Shown: positions 40,743 through 53,254 of the stretch, in pieces
Position numbering within the stretch: the first letter of the stretch is position 1
Layout: each line of letters opens with the position of its first letter
Assembly: GCF_006345805.1 (NCBI RefSeq)
Contig: NC_043005.1
Span: 58,466,001 to 58,530,000 of the forward strand
Length of the DNA: 64,000 nt
Direction of reading: 5' to 3'
Origin: Octopus sinensis
Taxonomy: Eukaryota
Notes under the pieces: model-generated
Seen by the model: the letters and a program-made list of their open reading frames with translations, nothing else
Databases searched by the model: none
Told to the model about the DNA's origin: nothing
Translations under genes and position numbers: made by a program

Positions 40743-41806
40743 ACAATGACAAATGAGTGAAGAATAAATATTCTATGATTCAATATTCTTTCATGTGATT
40801 AGGTTCTCTCTGGGTCTTAATCCATTCCTGACTGTTACCATTCTTGGGTGGTAATCTTAATCCATTTCCTGGTTTTGACACCACTATGATATGGCCCTCT
40901 GGTGTTTTTAAAGGATTTCTCTCCGTTGCAAGCATTTAGAGAAGGTCTCTGGTCTGCGGAAGTCCTATCAAATGTGTATTTTTCCATTCTCTTATTCCTA
41001 TTAAACCCATAGACTCTTTCACATTCACTTGTGATATCTTTCCTACTCTGACAAAAATATAACAGTATATAGACTGAGAGTGGAATGTGAATGGGGGTGG
41101 GAAGTACAGGATTTTTGTAAAGTGAGAGGAGGAGTGAACAGATTTGCTGAAGTGAGAAGGGGAGGTTGTATATTTAGTTGAGAGAGGGAGGTAAGAGATT
41201 TCGTCAGGTGAGGAGGATAGATTTGATGAAGTAAGAGGGGAAGTAACTTATTTAGTGAAGTGAATGGAGTTGAATAAAAAGCTTATTCTCAGTTGGGTCA
41301 CTATTGTAATTTCTTCTACCCAATGCTCCACTAATTAAATTGTAGAGGCTCCCTTGATTGTAATGTAAACTGGGAAATCATTTCCTGCAAAGTAAAGATC
41401 CCCTTTGGTCATGAATGACCATGGGATTGCACATAGAAAGTTACTCTCTGAGGCACAAGTCCAGGCAAGCAGTAGTCACCCATGCATACCAGCGTCCCTT
41501 CTGCACACCACCAGTGTTATTCCAAGGGAAAGGCAAAGGCTGATAAACTTGGCACCAGTGATGTCACAACACATTTCTGCAGCTGAGTAAACTGGAGCAA
41601 TATGAAATTAAGTGTCTTGCTTAAGAACACAACACACAGCCTGGTCTGGCCATCAAACTCACTACCTCATGATTGTGAGTCCGATGCTCTAACCACTGAG
41701 CCATGTGCCTTCACTACTATTTCCTACTCTACAGTACCTACTTACAGCTATCTTATTTTTTGTTTTTTTTTGTGTTTTCTTGTTTGGATTAACTATATAT
41801 ATATAT

Positions 41807-42012
41807 ATATTGTTGTATTTAGGAATGGTCATTTTGCCACTTTAGCCAATAAAAACACATGCACTATATATTTGGTGTTACTTTGCTTCAGTGTTACTTA
41901 TTTTTTACATTAATCTTAATCTTATTTTGGCCAAAGTAACACCAAATATATATAGTGCGTGTGTTTTTATTGGCTAAACTGGCAAAATGGCCATTCCTGA
42001 ATACCAATAATA
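41807..42012. repeat. Fold-back element, about 79-bp inverted arms
   Basis: AGGAATGGTCATTTTGCCACTTTAGCCAATAAAAACACATGCACTATA..TTTGGTGTTACTTTG mirrored after a 46-bp spacer. Confidence 0.88.
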
Positions 42013-42075
42013 TTTGTTTCAACACACGATTTCACATCAAAAATCTTGCAAAGCAAATATATAAACACATGCATG

Positions 42076-42111
<36 letters not shown>

Positions 42112-42136
42112 ACACACACACACACACACACACACA

Positions 42137-42172
<36 letters not shown>

Positions 42173-42426
42173 TAACAATTTTAGCTAGGTGTAAAAACCA
42201 CCTAAGGGATATTAAATATCTGAAGAAGTTACTAGAAACAGATGATGATGATATATATATATACATACGATGGGCTTCATTCAGCTTCCATCTACCAAAT
42301 ACACTCAGAAGGGTTTGGTTGGCCCAAGGCTATAGTAGAAGATACTTGTCCAAGGTGCCCAGACAGTGAGACTGAACCAGGAACCATGTGGTGGTTGGTA
42401 AGCAAGCTACTCACCACACAGTCACT

Positions 42427-42466
<40 letters not shown>

Positions 42467-42530
42467 CATACATACATACACATACACACACACACACACA
42501 CAAACACATATATATATATATAAATATATA

Positions 42531-42695
42531 CTTTATTTAAAGCAGCTGAAAATTCAACAAAAACTGTTACTCTGAGTTTCATGTTTTCGTTCGTCTGACA
42601 GTTTTTGCTAGAATAGAGCAAAAACTGTCTGACGAACGGAAACGTGAAACTCAGAGTAACAGGTTTTGTTGAATTTTCTGCTGCTTTAAATAAAG
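42531..42695. repeat. Fold-back element, 79-bp arms, 7-nt loop
   Basis: 42531-42609 vs 42617-42695: 5 mismatches, no indels. Confidence 0.95.
42619..42668 (+). ncRNA. Type I hammerhead ribozyme motif (minimal, PLE-type)
   Basis: Stem I CAAAAACUGU/ACAGGUUUUG (9 of 10 paired), core CUGACGA 42629-42635, stem II ACG-GAAA-CGU, GAAA 42646-42649, stem III ACU-CAG-AGU, GUA triplet 42656-42658. Folded by eye; activity untested. Confidence 0.8.
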
Positions 42696-42781
42696 CATAT
42701 TACTCTACCACTGGTATTTTAGTACTCTTTTTTCCACCTTGTTTCACATTTATGTGTTTACTCCGGTATATAAATATATAT

Positions 42782-42857
<76 letters not shown>

Positions 42858-43152
42858 GTAAATAGTAAGAGATTACTGCAAACATTTACTGGTTTGCTCT
42901 CAGATATTCAGAATAGGTTATTCAACGGTTAATATATAAATCCAATAATATTCTTATATGATAAGAATTTAGAGATATATGCTGTTGGATAATTCTGAAT
43001 ATATTACCATAACTGTATAGGTTTCCTGGAGTATATAATCTCAACAATAATGATAATAAGGATTCAGTTCTATATTTAAGAGATGAGGAATTATATACAT
43101 TATTTACATTATTTACAATCAATGGATATTTGTCCTTATCTTGTTTGTCGTT

Positions 43153-43201
43153 AACACAACATTTCTGCTGAGATACCAACCCCCAGCATTCTTCAGGTGT
43201 C
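43153..43201 (-). ncRNA. Variant type I hammerhead motif in a PLE-like terminus
   Basis: Minus strand GACAC-CUGAAGA-A-UGCUG..CAGCA-GAAA-UGU-U-GUGUU: stem I 5 bp, stem II 5-8 bp, loop-less stem III. Confidence 0.55.
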
Positions 43202-43369
43202 TTGGGGAAATTTTGAACCTGGGTTGTCATTCCTAAGGTATTTTTCGATGTTAATATTATTATTATTATTGTTATTGTTCAGGTCACTGCTTGGAATCAA
43301 AGTCGGAGTCTCGGGATTAGTAGCCCATGCTCTTAACAACTACACCATATGCCCACTGGATAACAAAGG

Positions 43370-43845
43370 ATAACAAAGGAAATCTACTATGAGCAGCATG
43401 AGTGGCTTAAGTTAGCACTAGAAGAAAAATGACCCACTTTGGTTTCAAGACAAATGGTGTTGTTCCATCAGGATAATGCTCAGCCACATATAGTGAGAAT
43501 GACATTCCAAAGGCTGGAGCAGTTTGATTGAGAAAGACACCCCACCTACCATATTTGCCGGACATTGCCTCATCTGATTATCATTTATTCCGAAGTCTTC
43601 AAAGTCATTTGGATGGGAAAAATATGAATTCTGAAGATGAGGTCAGAACAGTACTGTAGGAGTATTTTTCATCACAGACAAGTGAGTTTTGGCAGAGGGC
43701 CCTTGCAAGTCTACCAGAGAGATTAAAGAGCATTGTGGAAAAATGAAGGAGAATATATTTTAGATTAAGAATCTACTTTGTTTTTCTCAGTTTTGAAAAT
43801 TAAAAGAAGTATAAAAAAACGCATTATTTATGGGATGACCTTATA
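43370..43845 (+). mobile_element. Mariner 3' half with right terminus
   Basis: VLFHQDNAQPH...PDIASSDYHLFRSLQSHLDGK...FWQRAL..LPER with stops and frameshifts; ends ...TTATGGGATGACCTTATA. Confidence 0.8.
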
Positions 43846-43858
43846 TATATATATATAT

Positions 43859-43897
<39 letters not shown>

Positions 43898-43990
43898 TAT
43901 ATATAATATATATAGATATATATATATACATATATATATACACACATATATATATACATATATATATTATATACTATTATATATATACAT

Positions 43991-44029
<39 letters not shown>

Positions 44030-44659
44030 GATAGATAGATAGATAGATAGATACTATTATATATATATATATATTATCAACATCATCATCATTTAACATC
44101 TGCTTCCATGCTGGCATATATATCAAAATAAGCAACAATGATATCCAGAGGTAATGCAGTACGATCATTTCATGCAACTCCATTTAATTGAACAATGTAA
44201 TCATTACATCAATTTAAAATGCAGAGCAATTTTCAGCTGCACAAAGACATAGAATTTAATTAAATTAGAACAGATGGACACATTAGTATAATTATACCTA
44301 AAATCTTCCAAGAAGTGAAGGAGATAGACAAAGAACATGCTGTTCTTACTCCAGCATAGAAGTTACTAAGTTTTTCAAGAAGATATACATTGTAACAGAC
44401 TCTGCCTAACTTTATCAACTTATTGGCCTTCAGTAAATCTTCCAAAATTATGCAGACATCTAAATTTGAAGTAACCCTTCCAGCCATGCTGATATGATGA
44501 AAACCGATGCTAGAGCAAAGAAGGACAATTGATGAAGTATACATCAATAACAACAATGAAAACATGAAACAAACAAAAACTTAACTAAATTAGAGTAATA
44601 TAAATAGTTATGACCCTACCTCATACAAATGAATTTAATGGGGGTTTTATAAATTTATG

Positions 44660-44726
<67 letters not shown>

Positions 44727-44768
44727 AATATATATATATATAAATATATGTGTATATATATATATATG

Positions 44769-44826
<58 letters not shown>

Positions 44827-44860
44827 AATATATATATATATAATATATATGTGTATATAT

Positions 44861-44908
<48 letters not shown>

Positions 44909-44910
<2 letters not shown>

Positions 44911-45110
44911 CAATTATCATCAACATCATCTCAATCAAGTTATATTCACAACTTCACTCCTCCCTTCACTACATACAAAAAAATATACTATATATGTATA
45001 TATAATATTTATATATATATACATATATATGTATATTTTTTTGTATGTAGTGAAGGGAGGAGTGAAGTTGTGAATATAACTTGATTGAGATGATGTTGAT
45101 GATAATTGTA
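44909..45110. repeat. Perfect palindrome, 80-bp arms around an AT-rich spacer
   Basis: 44909-44988 is the exact reverse complement of 45031-45110 (checked base by base). Confidence 0.95.
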
Positions 45111-45290
45111 TGTACTGATAAGGAAAATTTAAATTGAAATAGTTAAGTCAGCTCCAAAGAAAATTAGCCCACATTGAGAAAATGAAAAGAATGGAGATAA
45201 ATCAAGCTTGCTGTGCAAGCATTTTTAAAATCATACCAAAATGGAAAAGGGAGGAAGAGTGAGAGAAGCAGGGAGAAAGAAAGAGTGAGT

Positions 45291-45340
<50 letters not shown>

Positions 45341-45890
45341 AAGGAAGAGAAAGAGAGAGATTATATGTATTTAGAAGTAGAAGAAGAAAAATGTTTATCA
45401 TTCATTTGTTCATTTTTACTTCTGTTTTTCCATGCTAGCATGGGTTAGGTGGATATATTGTTGCAGCATTGCTCATGGGTGGGTACGTTTCTAGCTGTTA
45501 ACCCTTACCTGTTTTTTTCTGTTAAGGGATATCTTATTCTACGGATCTTTGAAGGTGCAAAGCCGATGGATGATATATTGACAGATTAAATGACAGAAGC
45601 TGAAATGTTCACAATTGAACAATTTTCAAAGAAGCACAGATGTAAACAAATACACATGCATACATGTGTTCATGTGGCGGGGACAAAGTCAACTTTTTCG
45701 AGTCACGCTGACTCATAAGGACCAGTTGCCTGGTTTCCATGGCATATAAATTCCCATCTGGATGAGATGCCGATCTGTCACAAGGTTACTAATTTTTATC
45801 AGCTGCGTGGACTGGAGCAAAGTGAAACGAAGGGTTTTGCTCAAGAACACAATGCATTGCCCAGTCCAGGAACTGAAACCACAATCTTAT

Positions 45891-46120
45891 TTCATTATTG
45901 CCCTCAAGGGGCTAAACATAGAGGGGACAAACATGGACAGACAAATGATTAAGTTGATGACATTGACCCCAGTGCGTAACTAGTACTTAATTTATCGACC
46001 CCGAAAGGATGAAAGGCAAAGTCGACCTCGGCGGAATTTGAACTCAGAACCTAATGGTAGACGAAATAGCGCTAGGCATTTTGCCCGGCGTGCTAGCGTT
46101 TCTGCCAGCTCACCGCTTTC
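45891..46120 (-). mobile_element. SINE family B nested in a family E SINE
   Basis: Perfect 15-bp TSD AAACCACAATCTTAT at 45876-45890 and 46121-46135; the host SINE sequence resumes on both sides. Confidence 0.9.
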
Positions 46121-46241
46121 AAACCACAATCTTATGATCATGAGTTCAACACCCTAACCACTAAGCCATATGCTTCCACCATACACTGGAAGCCAACTCA
46201 TGACTGAGTCCATAATAAGTCCATGCAAACATCATGAGAGT

Positions 46242-46561
46242 GGAGGCGCAATGGCCCAGTGGTTAGGGCAGCGGACTTGTGGTCAGAGGATCACGGTTTC
46301 AATTCCCAAACCAGGCGTAGTGTGTGTTTATTGAGCGAAAGCATCTAAAAAGCTCCATGAGACTCCTGCAGGGGTTGGTGGCAACCCCTGTTGTACTATT
46401 TTGCCCCAACTTTCTCTTACACTTTCTTCCTGTTTCTTGAGTAACGCTGCAATGGACTGGCATCCCGTCCAGCTGGGGGGGAACACATACGCCACAGAAA
46501 CCAGGAAACCGGGCCCATGAGCCTAGCTAGGCTTGAAAAGGGTGCATAAAATAAAAAAATA
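46242..46561 (+). mobile_element. SINE family D, tail type 3
   Basis: Same head; tail ...GAAACCGGGCCCATGAGCCTAGCTAGGCTTGAAAAGGG + A-rich; imperfect TSD AAACATC(A/T)TGAG(A/T)GT at 46227-46241 and 46562-46576. Confidence 0.85.
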
Positions 46562-47996
46562 AAACATCTTGAGTGTCCAAAAAGTTCCAGCACATGAACT
46601 TGTTTTCAGTGAATAAACTGTGTATTGTAGTTGATGTGGCATGTTTATTTCATGCCAGAGTAAAAAGAAAAGATGGAAAGAAAGATGGATTTATACTGAC
46701 TTGGAGTATGAAGTCTTCAAGTACAGGGACCAAGAAGTTAACAAGATACTCTTTTCCTCTTTTACGCATTTCAGTCATTTAATTGTGGCCATGCTGGAGC
46801 ACTGCCTTTAGTCAAATAAATCGATCTCAGGACTTATTCTTTGTAAGCCTAGTACTTACTACATTGGTCATTTTGCTGAACAGCTAAGTTTCGGGAATGT
46901 GAATACACCAACATCAGATGTCAAGTGATGGTGGTGGTGGTGGGGGGGACAAACTCAAAGACACACACATAAATAGATGTACATGTATAAATACATAATG
47001 GGCTTCTTTCAGTTTCTGTTTACCAAATCCACTCACGAGACTTTGGTCAGCCCAAGGTACAACGCAGTGGAACTGAACCCAGAACCATGTGGTTGGGAAG
47101 CAAGTTTCTTACCACACAGCCATGCCTGTGCCTATGCATACAACCACACATGCACCTATCCACACAGCCACGCTTGTGCCTATCTACACAGCCACGCTTA
47201 CACCTATACTGCAGGCTATTATCAGAGAGCAGGGAACAGGGACAAAAAAGTTGAGAACTAGCCTTGGAAAGCTTATCTTAACCTGGTTGTGAATGAAATG
47301 CAAAAACAGAAAATCCTCAATATAATGTGAGATATAAAGAGCAGAAAATAATCTTTTACACAAAAGCTGCAAAAGCTCATCTTCCCAGAACATAAATTGT
47401 TGTTTGTTGTTGGCATCCTTTTTGTCTCGGGAGACAATGGAGTTGTGCATAAAATAATCTAGTCCGGCTTTTACATCTCATGTCCTAATACATCTCCTGC
47501 TGTGACTGTGTAGTCCTATCCTGGACAAATGCTTCCTCTAGCAGGTGCTGCAAATGTAGTGAAGACTTTGCCTGGCTGGTTGTAATGTCATAGTTTGTTG
47601 TTGACGTCTTTTCTTGTCTTTCCATTTCTCCTCTCTCCCTCTGTCACTCCTTTGTATTTCCTTTTTGTTGTTTGATAAAAGGCATAATTAAACCAAAAGC
47701 AATACCAATTCCATGAAACAATAAAAAATAATATGACACACTGTTATGATTACAATGTTTGCTGATTCTCAAGAATTACCTTGTCTGGTCTCTTTGCTTT
47801 TCTTAAGACAGTAAAATGTGAGTTAGAGGAATCTGGCTGCTATGTTAGGAAAATGGTGTGACTATATAGAGGTATACAAAGATTACCCTACTGGCTTCAA
47901 TCAGTAATAACCCTGTTCTTGCTGTGGGTTAATCTCTGTTCAATCCTGATCAAGCAGAGTTATGATCAGCTAGGATTGTAACATCTTCTAAGGGAT

Positions 47997-48308
47997 TTGA
48001 GTGAAATTTGGCTGCTATCACATTGTTTGTTGACCAACCTAATAGAGTCTCCTTCTGATGACCATGATGGTGGAAATGTAGGTGTGGATTTTGATCATGG
48101 TAATGATTATGATGATTATGATGATGAAGAAGATGATGTCACTGATACAAATGTTGATGCTGATGATGATGTTGAAAATGGTGAGAATAATTATGATGAT
48201 GATGTTGATGACGGTGGTGGTGGTGGTGGTGGATATGATGATTATGATGATGATGATGATGATGATAATGTTGATGATGTAAATATTGATAACGATGATG
48301 ATATGTAA
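47997..48308 (+). repeat. (GAT)/(GGT) trinucleotide low-complexity tract
   Basis: Degenerate GAT/GGT repeats that produce spurious Asp-, Met- and His-rich ORFs. Confidence 0.85.
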
Positions 48309-49108
48309 AGCGTGTATAAGGTGACAAGCTGGCAGAATCGTTAGGATGTAGGGCAAAATGCTTAGCAGTATTTCACCCACGTTTATGTCCTGAGTTCAAA
48401 TTCCGCCCAGGTTGACTTTGCCATTCATCCTTTTGGGGTCAATAAATTAAGTACTAGTAAAACACTGGGATCAATGTAATTGAATCACCCACTCCCCACG
48501 ATCCCGAAATTGCTGGCTTTGTGCCAAAATTTAAAACCATTATGTATAGCATGTACAATGTGTTTGAAAATATATAAAATGCAACACACTGATATTTCAT
48601 GCAGTGGAACTCACGACCTCTCTCACCTTGCCCATAATGAGCTGAGAGATAGAAAAATTATGTATGTGTGTGTATGTGGCTAGGGGTAATATAGTCACAT
48701 ACACACACACATACAAAACACACACAGGTACCCCGCATACATACATGCATATTCAAACACAAATATATATATATATGTGCATGTGTAAATATATATATAC
48801 ACACACACACATATCTGTACACACACACACATACACATATACACACATAAACACACATACTATACATATTTAGAGAGAAATTTTTGCTTTTCACCTTCGC
48901 TTTCTCTTTTCTCTCTCTAGGTACATCCACGCACACACACACACCTGTATACTACATAAGTACATATACTGAATTTTGTTACACATATCTATACATACAA
49001 CATAGACATATATATATGTTATATACTTAATTACATGTATACGTATATCTCTCAGTATTGCCACATATATGAATATACACATTAACAGATTCACAGGCAC
49101 ACACACAC

Positions 49109-49173
<65 letters not shown>

Positions 49174-49644
49174 GACACACACGTGTACATGCGCACACAC
49201 ATACACACACACACACACACCACACACATATATACACTTACAGTGATGTGTGTTTTTAAGTTAGAATGCAGAATAATCATTCAATTAGTGTCTTGAAGTT
49301 GTGGTTGAAAAAGAAAACCATATTCTATCTGTAAATATGTAGCAAGGAACTAAAGAACACAAACACTAGAACTTGATATTTCTTCCTAAATGTTTTCACT
49401 GATTCTTGAGCACAAATCAATATTTTAATAGACCACAGGAAAATATATAAAAAAATAATGATAAAATGAAGCAACCTCCTGTATTAACGAGAAGAGATGA
49501 AATTAATTTGATGTCAACATTCTATGAATTTTCAATCAATTACTTTAAATGTGTGTGAATATGTGTGTGTATACTCATGTACATTTACACACACTCATAT
49601 ACACACACATATGTATAGAACACATAATTATATAGATATATATA

Positions 49645-49696
<52 letters not shown>

Positions 49697-50092
49697 CATT
49701 GATGTGTGGTAAGAAGCTTCCTTCTCAACCACATGACTTTGGGTTCAGTCCCACTGCATGGCACCTTAGTCAAGTGTTTTCTACTATAGCCTTGGGCTGA
49801 CCAAAGGTTTGTGAGTGGATTTTGTAGACAGAAACTGAAAGAACCCTGTCGTATATATGTATATATATATATTTATGTGTGTGTCTGTGTTTGTTCCCCA
49901 GCTATTACTTGACAACTGATGCTGGTGTGTTTATGTCCCCGTAACTTAGCAGTGCAGTAAAAGAGACTGATGGAATAAGTACTAGGCTTACAAAAAATAT
50001 ATCCTGGGGTCGATTTTTTTTTACTAAAACCCTTCAAGGCACTTTTGCAGCATGGCTGCAGTCAAATGACTGAAACAAGTAAAAGAATAAAA

Positions 50093-50131
<39 letters not shown>

Positions 50132-50707
50132 TAGGGTAGCAAATATTTGTTAGAAATATTACCACCAGTGGCTTAGCATGTATAAATAGTCAATAGACAA
50201 CATATTCTATTTTAAAATGGGCCGTTTTGGCTGCTTCTTCCAGCATGTAAAAATTACCTGATAAAGGGTAGTTTTCTCTTGTGTTTAATTGTACACTATT
50301 TTAATATAAGTATATATATATATATGTAAATGTGTGTGTAGGAGTGTGTGTGTGTAAAGATATATCCACACACATACACACACACACAGATACACATATG
50401 AATATGTATATCCTCCACTTCATCATCATCATCTTTGTTATCATCATCATTTAATATTCCTCTTCCGTGCTCACACGGGTTGGACAGATTAACAAGATCC
50501 GATAAGCCTGAGGATTCTATTGAGTTGCCATCCCTGTTTTGGCATGGTTTCTTTTGTTGGACCCCTTCCTAACACCAACTACTTTACAGAGTGTACTGGG
50601 TGCTTTTTGTTCATGACGCCTGCACAAGGGAGGTCGCCAAGTAACTCACAGAACAAGGAAAAGCCTCCCCCCCCCCATCTAGGGTGAGTGAGGTTATAGT
50701 TGAGTGA

Positions 50708-51165
50708 TTTTTATTTTATTTCCCACAAGAGGACAACATAGATAAGGGACAATACAATTTGATTGGGGTCAGATGGATGGATGGATATAACGTAAAGATG
50801 ACATTAAAAATTCACAAAAATATAAATAAATCGAATGATAGGACAGACCGAGAGACATTATGGATGGAGTGGGAAGGCGGGTTCAATTCAGACCCCACGA
50901 GCCCCGCCTCGCCACTGATACCTGAGATATGCCCTGCGTCGCATTCATGAGGTTACATTCACTCACCACATCCGTGCTACATTCTTCCATCGATTTTCAA
51001 ACATTTTCACAGTCAGGAATTTTCTCTCCAGCCCTATCTTCCTTTTAAGGTGAAAGGTGAAATAATTCACCAAGTTACGGCTGGAGATGAAAGTGCCTGT
51101 CTTTAATCCTTACTGTCTCGTCTTCCAAATCACCTCTCTCGCAATTGCTACTACAATGAGAAAAC
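50708..51165 (-). mobile_element. 3' end of a Tx1/L1-like LINE
   Basis: Minus-strand VAIAREVIWKTRQ*GLKTGTF...NYFTFHLKRKI..., then (shifted frame) FENRWKNVARM, a GC-rich 3' UTR hairpin and an AATAAA/A-rich tail. Confidence 0.5.
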
Positions 51166-51610
51166 AATTCTTACCTTGTAGTAGAGTGATTGTCAGGTGA
51201 CAGAGAGACAGACACAGGCATCTTGCTGTAATGGAATAATGGAGATACATGGCTACCATGCATTATATAAGAGTGATTGGAAGCAGCTGGAAAGGAGACA
51301 GTGATGGTAGTGACCAGGTGTCTGAGTATACTCTCAAGATACTAAGGTATACAATATAATTCTTTCATTCTTCCTTTTATTCTTTGACCCGCATCAGTCA
51401 TTTGACTGTTGCCATGCTGGAGCACCGACTTAAAGGAGTTTTTTTAGTCAAAGAAATTGACCCCAACTTATTCTTTGTAAGCCTAGTATTTATTCTATCG
51501 GTTACTTTTGCTCAAACTGCTAAGCTACAGGGATGTAAATGCATTAAGATTGGTTGTCAAGTGATGGTGAAGGGACAGACACAGACATAGACACAGACAG
51601 ACACACACAA

Positions 51611-51646
<36 letters not shown>

Positions 51647-52404
51647 ACACATGACAGGCTTCTCTCAGTTTCCATCTACCAAATCCACTCACAAGGCTTT
51701 GGTTGGCCTGAGGCTATAGTAAAAGTCAATTGTGCAAGGTACCATACAGTGGGACTGAACCCAGAACCATGTGGTTGAGAAGCAACCTTCTTACCACATA
51801 GCCACACTTTATGAACAAATAGTTGGGAAGGGTGTGTGGATAAGTTCATTATTGTGGGAGGAGAGTGACTGGTGGTTAGAACTCATGATAAATGGTTTTA
51901 CTTGACACAGGGTTGGTAAGGTGATTGTTTCTCTCTCATTTCCATACCTCAATGGTGTTTTTTTTAGACAGTTAATTGCACTATTCTGTGGTTCATCTCT
52001 GTGAACTTTGCCTTCCACCCAGAGATGTGTGAACCAGATGTGGATTTACTTTGATTCTAAAGTGCCAATGCAATTGATATATTAAAGGACTGTGCATCTT
52101 GAAACTTAAAACAGTTCAGCATTTTTGGTGACTGAAGCTTCAGCCAGTCTTGCTCCAACAACTTGTACTCTTTGGAACTCGGGTATCATTAATCTTTTAT
52201 CTTTTGCTTGTTCAAGTCATTGGACTGCAGTCATGTTGGGGTACCACCCGGAAGAGTTTTGCTCAAGCAAATCATTCCCATTATGTATTTTTTAAGCCTG
52301 GCATCAATTCTATTTGTCTCTTTTGTTGAAGATAATTTTAAAACTTCAGCATTCAGATTACTTTATCAAACATAAAGCACATTTTAAAAAATTAATCATG
52401 TATA

Positions 52405-52797
52405 GGTGCAGGAGTAGCTGTGTAGTAAGTAGCTTGCTCACCAGCACATGGTTCTGGGTTCAGTCCCACTGAGTGGCACCTTGGGCAACTGTCTTCTACT
52501 ATAGCCTCAGGCTGACCAAAGCCTTGTGAGTGGATTTGGTAGATGGAAACTGAAAGAAGCCTGTCATATATATCTATATATATGTATGTGCATATATGTT
52601 TGTGTGTGTGTCCCCCAACATCACTTGACAACTGATGCTGGTGTGTTTACGTCCCCATAACTTAGCGGTTCAGCCAATAGAATAAGTACAAGGCTTACAC
52701 AGAATAAGTCCTGGGGTCGATTTGCTCAACTAAAGGTGGTGCTCCAGCATGGCCGCAGTCAAAATGACTGAAACAAGTAAAAGAATAAAAGAATAAA
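52405..52797 (+). mobile_element. SINE family A copy (further copies about 24960-25270 +, 46760-47200 -, 49700-50095 +, 51370-51808 -, 54263-54745 -, 60600-60820 +)
   Basis: Complete head GGTGCAGGAGTAGCTGTGTAGTAAG to (AAAAGAAT)n tail; the listed copies align by eye. Confidence 0.85.
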
Positions 52798-53208
52798 AAA
52801 AGAAGAATACTATCTTGTAGCTTCATGATTTTGAAGATGTGATTATTTATCTTTAGAATGACATTGTAGGGTAGATGTGAGAGGCTGGATCTGGCCAGTC
52901 TCAACATAGAGCAGATAGAATATCAAGGCTGGATATGGCCAGTTTAAATGCCAAAGATTTTTAGAAGTAATTGAATCACACTGCAAATGAAGGTAGGACA
53001 CAGAATTGACTTAAAAGCCTTTAATATACTTGGTAGCATATTATGGTTGCAAAATGAAATTAATGTGTCCCTATCAGTAATTAATATGTACACCCCAGTT
53101 GCCAAGAATGAATTTAACATGTAAAATTGGTCTACCCAATTGGTGTTAGACCACTTAATTTTAGAGTCTATCTAAGTGCTGTGTTGGTGGATGGTTAATG
53201 GGTTGGAT

Positions 53209-53254
53209 GTGATACTGATGAAGGAGCAATAACTCCTGAAATATGCATATACAC
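53209..53254 (+). ncRNA. Degenerate hammerhead motif
   Basis: GUGAUA-CUGAUGA-AGGAG-CAAUAA-CUCCU-GAAA-UAUGCA-UAUACAC: core and 5-bp stem II intact; the U before the cleavage site appears to be replaced by C. Confidence 0.5.

Noticed and set aside
42218-42245. CTGAAGA...GAAAC as a hammerhead
   Set aside because: Stems I and III cannot be formed.
44260-44565. Minus-strand 101-aa non-repetitive ORF
   Set aside because: No recognisable family or partner exons; compatible with chance.
47997-48308. 103-aa Asp-rich ORF
   Set aside because: GAT/GGT low-complexity tract with equally long ORFs in other frames; no splice or homology support.
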